Source: Shigella phage SFPB. From it: a stretch of DNA of 64,000 nt. A program made the translations under genes and the position numbers. The notes beneath the pieces are model-generated. The model saw nothing but the letters and a program-made list of their open reading frames with translations. It was not told the origin of the DNA and did not search any database. This document shows, one piece after another, positions 14,763 through 24,153 of this stretch; the first letter of the stretch is position 1; every line of letters begins with the position of its first letter. The stretch lies in sequence record OQ031072, one strand, 5' to 3'.

Positions 14763-14778
14763 GGGGCTACACAGCCCC
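14763..14778 (+). other. intergenic GGGGCT-N4-AGCCCC hairpin without U-tract
   Basis: perfect 6-bp stem, ACAC loop, between the two fibre genes. Confidence 0.4.
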
Positions 14779-14796
14779 TAGAAAGAGGATTTATAA

Positions 14797-17175
14797 ATGG
14801 CTGAATATAAGCTAAGTGAGCTAAACAGTATTGATACAGTTCGCTCAGAAGATTTACTTCACCTAAGAATTATCAAAAGGTCTGATATGCTAGGTGATGA
14901 AGACCGTAAAATGACCTATGCAAATTTCCTTGCCTCTTTCAAACTAGAAAGATTCTTACAACTAACTGGTGGGGATATGACAGGGAATCTTGGCATCGTC
15001 AAATTAAGATACGGTGGAAAAGACTTATTAGACCCAACAGGTTCTTCTGAGGTTATTCTCGGTGACACTGCCAAGACCTTTAGAATTAATGCGAGTGCTT
15101 TAAGATTAACTGTAAACGATGCCACAAGGTCTGCAACAGTTTATCACACACTTAATAAACCATCTCCTAATGAATTAGGTATGAGAACTAATACTGAAAA
15201 TGATGCAAGATATGCTATGAAGGAAACTGAAAATACTTTCTTGGCAAGACAAATCATTAATATCAACGGTGTTGGTCTAACACTTAAAAGTGTCTTACCA
15301 GATGGTGGAGCATATATTGAAGCAAGAGATTCAAATAATGCTTTGAGATTCACAGTTGGTAACTTGACTTCTGGTACTGATGTTACATTAGTTAATAGTA
15401 AGGGTGCTACGTTGACTCTTGGCACAAACTCTGTTAGTGTTGATAAGAATTTTGAAATCAATGGGCAGGTCCAGCCTAATAACTGGAATAACCTTGATGC
15501 AAGATTCTTTACACAGACTGCTGCTGACCAGAGATTTGCAAGACTTAATGCAAGTAATCACTTTGTTGGTGTTAATAACTTCAATGGTAAGACTTATGTT
15601 ATTGCAGATAGTAATGCACTTAACTTAAGAGCGACTACAGAGAATGCTGCATTGTTTATGCGTGGTTATAACAGTGCTGGGACAGGAACTTGGTATGTAG
15701 GTCAACCAGATGGTACGCAGTCTGAGATTGTTTTAGCAAACCAGATGACAAATGTTAACTTGAAAATTGCTACAGAGTTTTCATTTAACAAAGCTATCAA
15801 TGTAACTGGTCAGGTGAAACCAAGTGACTTTTCTAACTTTGATACAAGATATGTTCCAAGCTCTTTAACGAACGTTCTTGCAAGAACTAATGCTGCAAAC
15901 GTTTTTACTAACCCACAAACTATTGTTACTACAGATGCGGCTTTCACATTGCAAAGTGGGACAGCTAATTCACCACTGTATATTGTTGGTGCTAATGCAG
16001 ACGGAAACAGACGTTGGTATGTTGGTAACGGTGAAGGTAGTAGACCAAATTCTCTATTTCTATACAACTACTCAAGCGGTGGTGTACAGTTAGAAATTGC
16101 TGATACTTTCATGTTCAATAGAAGCGTATTAGTAACTGGTCAGGTTCAGCCTACAGATTGGACAAACTTTGATACAAGATACTACACACAATCTGCTGCA
16201 AACTCAAGGTATATGCTATCTGGTGTATCTGGAACGGGAACCGAAGTTGGTGATGCAACAGGTATTGCTTGGAATGCAAAAACAGGTTTGTACAGTGTTA
16301 CAAATTCAACTGGTGGGTCTACTCACTTAGTTTACCAAATGTACCTTGGAGTTGGCGCATCTACACCAACTGCACAGTTTAAATTTAACTACAAGAATAC
16401 TGGAATCTATTATAGAACAGCAAGGGATGAGTTTGGTTTTGAAGAGGCTTGGGCTAAAATCTACACCGACAAAGACAAACCTACACCCTCTGAACTTGGT
16501 GCTTACACCAAGGCTGAAGTGGACCAACGTATTGCTTCCGCTGTAACTGATGCTACAGACCTTAAGAAAGTGTATCCGGTTGGTATTGTGACGTTCTTTG
16601 CTTCTAATGTCAACCCAAATACAGCTTTCCCAGGCACTACTTGGACTTACTTAACTGAGGGTGCAAACAGAACTATTAGGATTGGTTCTGAAAATGGTTC
16701 TGATGTGAAGGGTCTTGGTGGTGCTGATACGGTTGCATTAAGTGTTGGTCATATCCCTGCACACACTCACGGCTTCTCTGGAACAACTTCTTGGTTTGAC
16801 TATGGAACTAAGTACACAGATGGTCAGGGTGCTCACGACCATGACAGAGGTAATATGGAAATCTCTGGTAACTTTGGATGGTTTAGAAGTGATAATAACT
16901 CGTTCTACGTTGCAGACGGTGCTTTTGCAATGAGTGGTAGCCAAGGTGGGCATAGCTGGACAGGTTCTAACTTCACTTATGGTGCGCCAGTTAACTTCTA
17001 TGCTTCCAGAACTTGGACAGGTAGAACTAGTTGGGTAGGTGCTCATGCTCACGGTGTAGGTATTGGTGGACACAACCACACATTCAGTGGTAACACTGGG
17101 GCAACTGGTTCTGGTGCAGCATTCAGTGTTCTTAACACTTACATTAAACTAATGGCTTGGGTAAGAACTGCATAA
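14797..17175 (+). CDS. long tail fibre protein with three internal ~150-aa repeats and a collar/His-rich C-terminal domain paralogous to 13577..14752
   Basis: Motif (V/I)xGQVxPxxWxNxDxR(Y/F)xTQ(S/T)AA occurs three times; C-terminal HxH motifs; ends AWVRTA like the upstream fibre. Confidence 0.65.
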   Translation: MAEYKLSELNSIDTVRSEDLLHLRIIKRSDMLGDEDRKMTYANFLASFKLERFLQLTGGDMTGNLGIVKLRYGGKDLLDPTGSSEVILGDTAKTFRINASALRLTVNDATRSATVYHTLNKPSPNELGMRTNTENDARYAMKETENTFLARQIININGVGLTLKSVLPDGGAYIEARDSNNALRFTVGNLTSGTDVTLVNSKGATLTLGTNSVSVDKNFEINGQVQPNNWNNLDARFFTQTAADQRFARLNASNHFVGVNNFNGKTYVIADSNALNLRATTENAALFMRGYNSAGTGTWYVGQPDGTQSEIVLANQMTNVNLKIATEFSFNKAINVTGQVKPSDFSNFDTRYVPSSLTNVLARTNAANVFTNPQTIVTTDAAFTLQSGTANSPLYIVGANADGNRRWYVGNGEGSRPNSLFLYNYSSGGVQLEIADTFMFNRSVLVTGQVQPTDWTNFDTRYYTQSAANSRYMLSGVSGTGTEVGDATGIAWNAKTGLYSVTNSTGGSTHLVYQMYLGVGASTPTAQFKFNYKNTGIYYRTARDEFGFEEAWAKIYTDKDKPTPSELGAYTKAEVDQRIASAVTDATDLKKVYPVGIVTFFASNVNPNTAFPGTTWTYLTEGANRTIRIGSENGSDVKGLGGADTVALSVGHIPAHTHGFSGTTSWFDYGTKYTDGQGAHDHDRGNMEISGNFGWFRSDNNSFYVADGAFAMSGSQGGHSWTGSNFTYGAPVNFYASRTWTGRTSWVGAHAHGVGIGGHNHTFSGNTGATGSGAAFSVLNTYIKLMAWVRTA

Positions 17176-17183
17176 TTACCTTG

Positions 17184-17239
17184 TTGACTAACTGTCAAGA
17201 TGGTGTTAATATTTCTTAGTAGGTATTCTCACCATCTTG
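17184..17239 (+). promoter_or_regulatory. sigma70-like promoter (TTGACT-17-TAATAT) embedded in a 10-bp inverted repeat
   Basis: -35 17184-17189, -10 17207-17212; CAAGATGGTG 17196-17205 and CACCATCTTG 17230-17239. Confidence 0.4.
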
Positions 17240-17261
17240 GCTCAAGAAGTAAGGTGATTAA

Positions 17262-17456
17262 ATGCCAACCATTCTAGCAATCCTCTTGAAAAATCTTGGG
17301 GCATTCTTCTGGAAGCTTCTACTTTCTCTTCTTAGCGAATACATGATTGAAAAAGTGTTCTTCAAGCTTGCAAGATACCTTGCGAGTAAAACAGACACAC
17401 CTATTGATGATGAATTTGTAGATACCTTGGAAAAGGCTTTTAAGGGTGAAAAATAA
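17262..17456 (+). CDS. small hydrophobic protein (possible membrane/lysis-associated)
   Basis: 64 aa, N-terminal hydrophobic segment. Confidence 0.4.
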   Translation: MPTILAILLKNLGAFFWKLLLSLLSEYMIEKVFFKLARYLASKTDTPIDDEFVDTLEKAFKGEK

Positions 17457-17830
17457 TGAAGTGGATTGAAGATGCTTTTAAGAACAATATTGGTGCAATC
17501 GTTGTAGGTATTTTCAGTGTAATTGGTATGTACACTACAATGCAGGTCTCTGATGGTAAACAGGAAGTGTCTATCACAAATAAGTTACAGCAGTTGGATG
17601 GTTACTCAAAAGGTAACTATTCAGCTATTCGTGACTTACAATCTGATATGAAGCTCCTACAATTAGGGATGGAGAACCAGAAAGTTCAGCTAGAGAATGT
17701 TAAGGGAGAAAACGCTAAGTTGACTAAGACCCTTGATAAGTTCTCTGACAGTGTTAACAACTTAGCACAATCTGTATCAGCTTTGCAAGCAATTACAGAA
17801 CAAAATACCCAAAGCACTAAAAAGAAATAA
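17456..17830 (+). CDS. N-terminal transmembrane plus coiled-coil protein (holin/antiholin- or spanin-like topology)
   Basis: TM segment IGAIVVGIFSVIGMYTTM followed by heptad-rich region; located after the tail fibre genes. Confidence 0.4.
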   Translation: MKWIEDAFKNNIGAIVVGIFSVIGMYTTMQVSDGKQEVSITNKLQQLDGYSKGNYSAIRDLQSDMKLLQLGMENQKVQLENVKGENAKLTKTLDKFSDSVNNLAQSVSALQAITEQNTQSTKKK

Positions 17831-17834
17831 TTCT

Positions 17835-17862
17835 AAGGCTCCTTTTTACGGGAGCCTTTTTT
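17835..17862. terminator. bidirectional rho-independent terminator between convergent gene blocks
   Basis: AAGGCTCC-N8-GGAGCCTT stem flanked by T-run; plus and minus operons converge here. Confidence 0.6.
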
Positions 17863-17866
17863 GTTT

Positions 17867-18765
17867 CTACTTACCTACTGATAAAGGTGCTTCAATCTTA
17901 CCAGCATGTTTATACCCTTTCAACCCACCTAGAAAGTCATCTGCTGTCATATGTCTCAAGTCTTCAAGAGACTTCAAATCTTGATGAATTTCAAACTTAG
18001 GTGCTGGAAACTCTTCATTACCAAGAAGTTGAAAAACCTGCGACATATGGTTCTGGTATATTTGAGTATCACCATAAGTCCCTATCAGATATCGCGGTGT
18101 ATATCCCGTCAGTTTACACAACACTTCCAAGATAAAGGCATAGGAAGCGATGTTAAACGGTAACCCTAAGAACGTATCACAAGAACGCTGATACCATTTT
18201 AAATCCACCTCATTAGTGTTCGAGATATAAATCTGAAAAAGTACATGACAAGGTGCTAATGCCATAGAGTTACTTGAGATATCTGCTGCATTCCATGCGT
18301 TAACGAGCATGTAACGGTCTGTAGGGGACTTTCTCATCTTCTCTACAAGATTACTCAACTGGTCTACAACAACACCACCATGACCTTCGTAGGCTCTCCA
18401 TTGGACTCCGTAGATTCTTCCTCCAGCGTCCTCCAGCCAATCATTCTCTGTAGCATAGGTTGTTTTCAACCAACGTTTAAAATCATCTGTCCAGATAGTC
18501 CAACGCTCTCCGTCGTTCTCCCCCAAGTTCTGTAACGCAAATGGCCTAGTTGGTTTTCACCGTTCATAAACCATAATGCTTCACCGAGGACTTGACGCAT
18601 AAATGTTTGTTTTGAGGTGATTAATGGGAATCCACTACGCATATCAAAACGGAACTCAGGTGGAGCAAAGGTCGAAATCACTGAGCCAGTTCGGGTTTTA
18701 CGCAACTCACCAACTGATAAAACATGGTTTAAAATAGCTTTGTAGCTTACATCTGCTTGTGACAT
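17867..18765 (-). CDS. thyA: thymidylate synthase, frame interrupted (N-terminal ORF 18466..18765, C-terminal ORF 17867..18526); apparent 1-nt deficit at the G5/C5 run 18520-18524
   Basis: N-terminal part has RTGxG...FPLITSK...LWF; C-terminal part has ...WNAADISSNSMALAPCH...FQ..Y and LGLPFNIASYA; the two ORFs are in different frames. Confidence 0.85.
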
Positions 18766-18780
18766 ATTAGAAACGTCCTC

Positions 18781-19311
18781 TTACTTGTGGAACATAGGTA
18801 TCAAACACCACAGACTTATCTTCTGAGGTTTGGACTGTACTTTAGCAAATAACTCTGTGTCATACAAGTACTGGAAGAAACCCTCATAAGGTAGCTTGAC
18901 AGTAGCCTCTTCAGTAACTTCCTTAATAACACTGTGGAAAACTACGTCAGCATACGGCAAAGCTGAGATTAAGATATTGGCTCCACCGATTACTAAAACA
19001 TCTTCCTCAATAGAACTATCAATATACTTTAGGAAAGCCCCAAAAGCTTCAGACTTAACTCTTGCTTTGCAATGAGAGTCATCTTTAAAGTCCAGACCAT
19101 AAAAGTCAAGAGAGTTTGTTAAGACAAGGTTCTCACGGTTTGGCAAAGGTTTGCTCCCAAGAGTCTTCCAAGTTTCGCTACCCATCAAGACTAACTGGTT
19201 AACAGTCTGCTTCTTAAACTCTGCCATATCTTGTTTATTACGAGGCCAAGGCATTCCAGTAGCTGTGCCAAACTCCCCGTTAATACCACTTGCAAAAATT
19301 AACTTAATCAT
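18781..19311 (-). CDS. frd: dihydrofolate reductase
   Basis: MIKLIFASGINGEFG..MPW N-terminus typical of DHFR; adjacent to thyA as in T4-type phages. Confidence 0.75.
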   Translation of the reverse strand: MIKLIFASGINGEFGTATGMPWPRNKQDMAEFKKQTVNQLVLMGSETWKTLGSKPLPNRENLVLTNSLDFYGLDFKDDSHCKARVKSEAFGAFLKYIDSSIEEDVLVIGGANILISALPYADVVFHSVIKEVTEEATVKLPYEGFFQYLYDTELFAKVQSKPQKISLWCLIPMFHK

Positions 19312-19580
19312 TTTGTAAATCCTTTGATAATGAACCAGTTTAGAACACGCTTCACAATCCTGTTCGGATGGTAAATAAGGTGAGGCTGTGGTTCATAACT
19401 TCCATAAGCCCAAAAAGATAAAATCTTTCCACATCCACAGCAACGGGTGTACCCTTCAGCGATATTGCCAGAGACAATCTCTGAAACTTCACCTTGGAAG
19501 TTCTCACCTCCACAATGGCAGCATTTAACTGGCTCACCATTATTCATGTAACACTGTGATACTCCGCTTAAGATTTTCAT
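19308..19580 (-). CDS. Cys-rich zinc-binding small protein
   Basis: CCHCGG...CCGCG motifs; ATGA-coupled. Confidence 0.4.
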   Translation of the reverse strand: MKILSGVSQCYMNNGEPVKCCHCGGENFQGEVSEIVSGNIAEGYTRCCGCGKILSFWAYGSYEPQPHLIYHPNRIVKRVLNWFIIKGFTK

Positions 19581-20092
19581 TTTTTGTTTACCTTAAAAGT
19601 GCGTTCAAATTTTAGTATGAAATCAAGGTCATCAACTTCACTTGACAGAAAATCTTCAAAGTGTTTTGGCACAAAGTCTAAGAAACTCATAGAACCAAAG
19701 TCACCTGTCAGTTTGATAGTTCCTTGTTCATACTCAGCAGTTACTACATGACCACCTTCAGTCTGCTTAACAATCTCTACAATATCAGCTATGAAGATGT
19801 TTAGCAATGCTTTAAAACTTCTTGGATACTGTGTATCTGAGTACAGTTCAATACTTGGCTCCAGATTAACTTCAATAGAACGACTATCCCGTAGCTCTGG
19901 AGTAAATAAGTGAGCAGGAAGAACACACAGAGAGTCAGCAGTGTCTTCATCGATGAACTCAATAGTTCCTGCATCATAGTTTGTATCAATCAAGAATGTC
20001 TTCTCAGTATGATATGTAGCTTTCATATGCTCAGACAACATTGATTTCAAGAATTCTGCTTCAGGCTGGCAAAGGGTAATTCCAATTTTCAT
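19577..20092 (-). CDS. hypothetical protein
   Basis: 171-aa coupled ORF. Confidence 0.45.
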   Translation of the reverse strand: MKIGITLCQPEAEFLKSMLSEHMKATYHTEKTFLIDTNYDAGTIEFIDEDTADSLCVLPAHLFTPELRDSRSIEVNLEPSIELYSDTQYPRSFKALLNIFIADIVEIVKQTEGGHVVTAEYEQGTIKLTGDFGSMSFLDFVPKHFEDFLSSEVDDLDFILKFERTFKVNKK

Positions 20093-20093
20093 G

Positions 20094-20597
20094 TTAAACC
20101 TCTACAAAAGTATCCTTGTCATTATCGTACTTGAAGAATTTTATACACTTTTGTGTATTCCAGTCAACCTTTTCATCATAAGCAAGACCTTTTGCTACAC
20201 GCTTTCCAATAGTCTGTATGATGATTTCACGGAGTTTCATATACTCCTTCCAAGCTCTGGAGCCAATAGTTATATTAAATTTATTATAGCTCTCAACAGC
20301 TTGCTCATTCCAACGAATCTCATTTGGTCTTACAGGTTTGTAAAGACGTGGAAGCATTTCATAGCCCATATGACCTTCTTCTTTGGCTAGTTCGAGTTGG
20401 TGAAGATACTCATTCAACCGTCCATCTTCCTCAAGCCACCTGTGAAGTGTCTGCAAGCCTAAGATGTTGTTGTTAAAGTGTGATGCACGTTTCACAGAAC
20501 CTAAATCACAACGATAATCTGACTTTGGTAGTGATAGTATGCTGCCTTGCAATACACTGTACCCAAAGTATAAATCGAGTTTTAAGGGAAGAGACAT
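20094..20597 (-). CDS. hypothetical protein
   Basis: 167-aa ORF. Confidence 0.45.
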   Translation of the reverse strand: MSLPLKLDLYFGYSVLQGSILSLPKSDYRCDLGSVKRASHFNNNILGLQTLHRWLEEDGRLNEYLHQLELAKEEGHMGYEMLPRLYKPVRPNEIRWNEQAVESYNKFNITIGSRAWKEYMKLREIIIQTIGKRVAKGLAYDEKVDWNTQKCIKFFKYDNDKDTFVEV

Positions 20598-20941
20598 TTG
20601 ATATCCTCATTTTTAAACACAAAAGTTGTGTAGTTGTGACCATCAACATCTAACCAGACAGCCTTAACATCAACACCATCTAGATTCTCTGACAACTCTT
20701 TGATGAAGTGGTCTCGTACCTTTTTGGCACTGGTGGTTTCAAGTTTGATGTTAGAGATTGCAGAGCCAATTGCCATATAACCTCTTACACGGTTTGCTTC
20801 AGTATGCTTCATACCACCAGTTGTGTAAACCTCTTTCAAGGTCTCCAGAATTGCATTACCATAAAGCTTCTCTGCTGGAGTTGGTTTACCATAGAAGCCA
20901 ATTGCAAAGTTATCGTTAAAGATTGCATTTTCACGTTTCAT
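20582..20941 (-). CDS. hypothetical protein
   Basis: 119-aa ORF. Confidence 0.45.
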   Translation of the reverse strand: MKRENAIFNDNFAIGFYGKPTPAEKLYGNAILETLKEVYTTGGMKHTEANRVRGYMAIGSAISNIKLETTSAKKVRDHFIKELSENLDGVDVKAVWLDVDGHNYTTFVFKNEDIKCLFP

Positions 20942-20942
20942 A

Positions 20943-21242
20943 TTAATCTGCCAGCCTTAAGTTAAAATTTACACCAAGTTTTGTACAAGCATTAAGCATG
21001 TACTCTAAAGAAATCTTTTGAGGGTCGTTAATGATATTTGATACACGACTCTGTGAGATTTCACAAACAGTTGCTACTTGAGCCTGAGAAAGTTTTAGCT
21101 TCTCAATCTCTTTAGAGAATCTGAAAGATACAAAGTCTTTCATCTCTTCTATATCCATTGGACAGACATAACTCTCCATTTCAGCCTCTCTATCAGCCTC
21201 CCAAGAATCTTGAGGTGCATATGGGTCAAAGACTTCATTCAT
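20943..21242 (-). CDS. XRE/Cro-type helix-turn-helix transcriptional regulator
   Basis: LSQAQVATVCEISQSRVSNIIN...LEYMLNACTKLGVNFNL is a classic Cro/CI HTH. Confidence 0.6.
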   Translation of the reverse strand: MNEVFDPYAPQDSWEADREAEMESYVCPMDIEEMKDFVSFRFSKEIEKLKLSQAQVATVCEISQSRVSNIINDPQKISLEYMLNACTKLGVNFNLRLAD

Positions 21243-21438
21243 CTTTTTTTCTCCGTTTTCGAGAAGTGTCTATTAACGAATCAAGATTAGTTGCTCTGAC
21301 GTTTTCACGAGTCCCATTAATGTAGTTATCTAAAGACTCTACAACGGTTGCAAAATCATTAGCCCAAACTCTGTAAATAACTACTCCGTCATCATCGACC
21401 ACTTCACCATAGTCTGTTCTACAGATGTTCTTCCTCAT
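21235..21438 (-). CDS. hypothetical small protein
   Basis: 67-aa ORF with basic C-terminus. Confidence 0.4.
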   Translation of the reverse strand: MRKNICRTDYGEVVDDDGVVIYRVWANDFATVVESLDNYINGTRENVRATNLDSLIDTSRKRRKKDE

Positions 21439-21440
21439 GA

Positions 21441-21821
21441 TTATAAACCCATGCAGTGACGATTTTCAATAAAGTATTGAACACCTTTGAAAGACTCACG
21501 CATAAAGTTGTCTTTCACATCTTCTACAGTCTCAATACCTTTGCTATCAAGAAGGTCAACGTTCTGAGTGACCATCTCATCTGCTAATCTGTCATAGTAA
21601 TCTCCCATAAAATGGTAGTTGTAGTCAACCATCTTATCAGTCATTTCTTGAACAGTCTGAGCAGACAACGGTTTAGTCAACTCTCCAGCATTTGAAGCGA
21701 TTTTCTGTACAATCTTACAAGATTCTAAAGCGACACCATTAAAGTTTGCTTCAGGCATCTTCATAGCTGCTGCACTAAAACTCATACCAATAGCAATGAC
21801 ACCAACAAGTAACTTTTTCAT
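21441..21821 (-). CDS. secreted/periplasmic protein with signal peptide; start trimmed to ATG after GGAGG
   Basis: MKKLLVGVIAIGMSFSAAAM signal peptide; SD GGAGG 7 nt upstream. Confidence 0.5.
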   Translation of the reverse strand: MKKLLVGVIAIGMSFSAAAMKMPEANFNGVALESCKIVQKIASNAGELTKPLSAQTVQEMTDKMVDYNYHFMGDYYDRLADEMVTQNVDLLDSKGIETVEDVKDNFMRESFKGVQYFIENRHCMGL

Positions 21822-21838
21822 AAACACCTCCGAGGTTT

Positions 21839-21899
21839 CTGACGGGTTCCTATATAATTTTCTATATAGGTAGTATACCCGTCAGGTTACTCATGTCAA
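21839..21899 (-). promoter_or_regulatory. sigma70-like promoter (TTGACA-16-TATACT, minus strand) overlapping a nested palindrome
   Basis: -35 rc at 21894-21899, -10 rc at 21872-21877; palindrome CTGACGGGT 21839-21847 / ACCCGTCAG 21877-21885 with inner CCTATATA/TATATAGG. Confidence 0.45.
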
Positions 21900-22062
21900 C
21901 AATTTTATACTAAATACATTCTAACTGCTGCATTTACTGCAAATGACAACAGAGTAAGGGCTAAGGCTGCTTTGTATGTTATACTTAAAAGTTTACTTAT
22001 GAAGTAAGATAATGATAAAACAACAAAAACAAACAGGATAATTGTGCTAAACATGCTAACCT

Positions 22063-23163
22063 CTATTCATAGTCTCGAATTACTATCCCAACAGGGAACT
22101 GTAAAGAACCCTTACGAGTCATCTTCTGGAACTGAACCGTTAAAGGCTTCCCGATAAACTCTTCAGGATGTTCAGCAAGATACTTTTTCTTCTCGTGTGT
22201 AGTTTTCCATGAAACATCTACAAAGACGTTAGGAAGAGTCTCTACAACGAACTTACCATGACCACGTTTATCAGTCTTTACACCAGTTACTTTAAATTCC
22301 TGTGTGTGCATCTTCTTGTGCTTAATCAGGAAGTAAGAGCGATGACCACACTCATAGAACGAATCTGGTGAGATTGACCGATACATTGCCCCTTCAAACT
22401 TGAGTTTAACCCAATTGTCATGAGCATTATCAAATTCTTCCCAAGAGTTAACACGGATTGTCTGAACAGGTACAACCCTGCAAGCATCACCGAGTTCAAC
22501 GATTGGTGAATTATCAATAACTTCACGACGCTCAGGCCAAGATTTAGTCTTGTCACAGATATCATACCAGTAGAATTTAAGAAGGTGACGGTCTGGATTG
22601 TCAGCATTCTTAATCATAGATACAATATCTTCCAAGTCCCAACCATGAGCATAAATCTCCCCGTCGAAATCCTCAACATCTTTGTGCAGTTTCAGCATAA
22701 GAAGAACATCAGGAATCAACTCTACAGGAATGTTGTATACCGTGTTCTCACGAGAATATGCCGTAAAACTTTCTGAGTCAGCATCTCTTGAAATCCTGCA
22801 ACGAACACCATCAAGTTTAGGTTGAGCATCGGCAGGGAATACCAGATACTTCTTGTGACTTATCTTGGAAGCATCCTGAGCAAGCTGTACACCAACCTTC
22901 TCAACATTCTCTGCTTCAGATTTTGTGTAAGCATATCCTTTACGGTCAACCTGCTTCTTGTACTTAGCAGCAACTTCAAAGAGAGCTTGCTGTTCAGCAT
23001 TACGCTCATTCTTTTTACCGATGTTCTTAGGTTCTGCTGTGTACTCTTCAAACATCATCTTGCCATTCTCTTTACCATAAGTTGTGACGACTTTATCACC
23101 TACAGCAACACATGACCAGACGTTGAAAGAACCATCTTTGTTTTGTTTGTACAGAATTGTCAT
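22063..23163 (-). CDS. ATP-dependent DNA ligase
   Basis: Adenylation motif PKLDGVRC (KxDG); ~366 aa as for T7-type ligases. Confidence 0.75.
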   Translation of the reverse strand: MTILYKQNKDGSFNVWSCVAVGDKVVTTYGKENGKMMFEEYTAEPKNIGKKNERNAEQQALFEVAAKYKKQVDRKGYAYTKSEAENVEKVGVQLAQDASKISHKKYLVFPADAQPKLDGVRCRISRDADSESFTAYSRENTVYNIPVELIPDVLLMLKLHKDVEDFDGEIYAHGWDLEDIVSMIKNADNPDRHLLKFYWYDICDKTKSWPERREVIDNSPIVELGDACRVVPVQTIRVNSWEEFDNAHDNWVKLKFEGAMYRSISPDSFYECGHRSYFLIKHKKMHTQEFKVTGVKTDKRGHGKFVVETLPNVFVDVSWKTTHEKKKYLAEHPEEFIGKPLTVQFQKMTRKGSLQFPVGIVIRDYE

Positions 23164-23699
23164 TTATTTTTCTTCTCCCACGTCTTTTTTAATTTTTCAA
23201 CAGAAACAATATTCCCAGAGTGCGTCATTGCATTGCTAGATAAGGAAAAGGAGCTATCTGGGTATGGTAGTCTCAATCTAGTATAAAAATCATAGTAGTT
23301 ATCACACAGGTCTTTGTATGCAATTTTTATGTTACCATTAGACATGTATGAGAGCAGAACAAGTGACCCATCTGGGTATTTTAAGCACTCCCCAAACTGT
23401 TTCTCGTATAAGTATCCAGCAAAATCTTTATACAAATCCTTCAAATGTTCAATGATATTATCAACTTGTCTTGCACCAAGACTTTTACAAATACGCGCAT
23501 ATTCCATGTTGTCAAATTGGTATGGCGTAGCTCCAGTTTCATGCCAAAACTCCAGTACAGAGAGTTTTACAGGTTGATATATAAAAGGGTTTGAATACTG
23601 TTTTTTCTTATCTTCATACCAAGGTATTGAGTAGCCTTGATAACCCATCTTCAGATTACTGTAGGACTCTTTGAATAACCTTTTTTCACTCATTGCCAC
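23160..23699 (-). CDS. hypothetical protein
   Basis: 179-aa ATGA-coupled ORF. Confidence 0.45.
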   Translation of the reverse strand: MAMSEKRLFKESYSNLKMGYQGYSIPWYEDKKKQYSNPFIYQPVKLSVLEFWHETGATPYQFDNMEYARICKSLGARQVDNIIEHLKDLYKDFAGYLYEKQFGECLKYPDGSLVLLSYMSNGNIKIAYKDLCDNYYDFYTRLRLPYPDSSFSLSSNAMTHSGNIVSVEKLKKTWEKKNK

Positions 23700-23947
23700 T
23701 TACCTTTTAAATACACATTTACAACTTGGTGGTCATAACCATCTTTAAGTTTATGCTTGACCTCTTCAACTCTGTAGTTCCAATCATTAATCTCAACAGT
23801 CTCCCCTTCTCGTGGAATAACTGGATTGCGTTGAGCTACAGTCATAGTGCTGAAGATGTTTTCATACTTATAGATAAAGTTTACCAGAACCTGCATATTA
23901 ATATCCCCCATCAAAAACTGTGGTGTGTGACTGACTATTCTTCCCAT
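23690..23947 (-). CDS. hypothetical protein
   Basis: 85-aa ORF. Confidence 0.4.
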   Translation of the reverse strand: MGRIVSHTPQFLMGDINMQVLVNFIYKYENIFSTMTVAQRNPVIPREGETVEINDWNYRVEEVKHKLKDGYDHQVVNVYLKGKWQ

Positions 23948-24143
23948 ACTTGTAAGAAGTTGTCGTCTGAGAATTTGGGCAGCGAACTACAATAACATCC
24001 CTGCTAATGGCATCACCATTAAGTTTATAAATCTTGCAGTCTTGCATTTCTGGAGGAAGTCTGTAAGAAGCATCCTTATTCTCATAAGAAGGGTTACATC
24101 CAACCAGTAGGACTACTAAAGCTGGTATCAATAATTTTAACAT
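23898..24143 (-). CDS. small lipoprotein
   Basis: Signal peptide with lipobox LLVGC. Confidence 0.45.
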   Translation of the reverse strand: MLKLLIPALVVLLVGCNPSYENKDASYRLPPEMQDCKIYKLNGDAISRDVIVVRCPNSQTTTSYKYGKNSQSHTTVFDGGY

Positions 24144-24153
24144 TTCAAACCTC

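Noticed and set aside
17867-18765. Group I intron in thyA, as in the T4 td gene
   Set aside because: The two thyA ORFs overlap by only 61 nt with no intervening sequence; a one-base frame change at a homopolymer explains the break.
21905-22053. Possible small membrane-protein gene on the minus strand in the 235-bp ligase-downstream gap
   Set aside because: Careful reverse-complement translation shows an in-frame stop after 18 codons; the region is better explained as promoter and operator.
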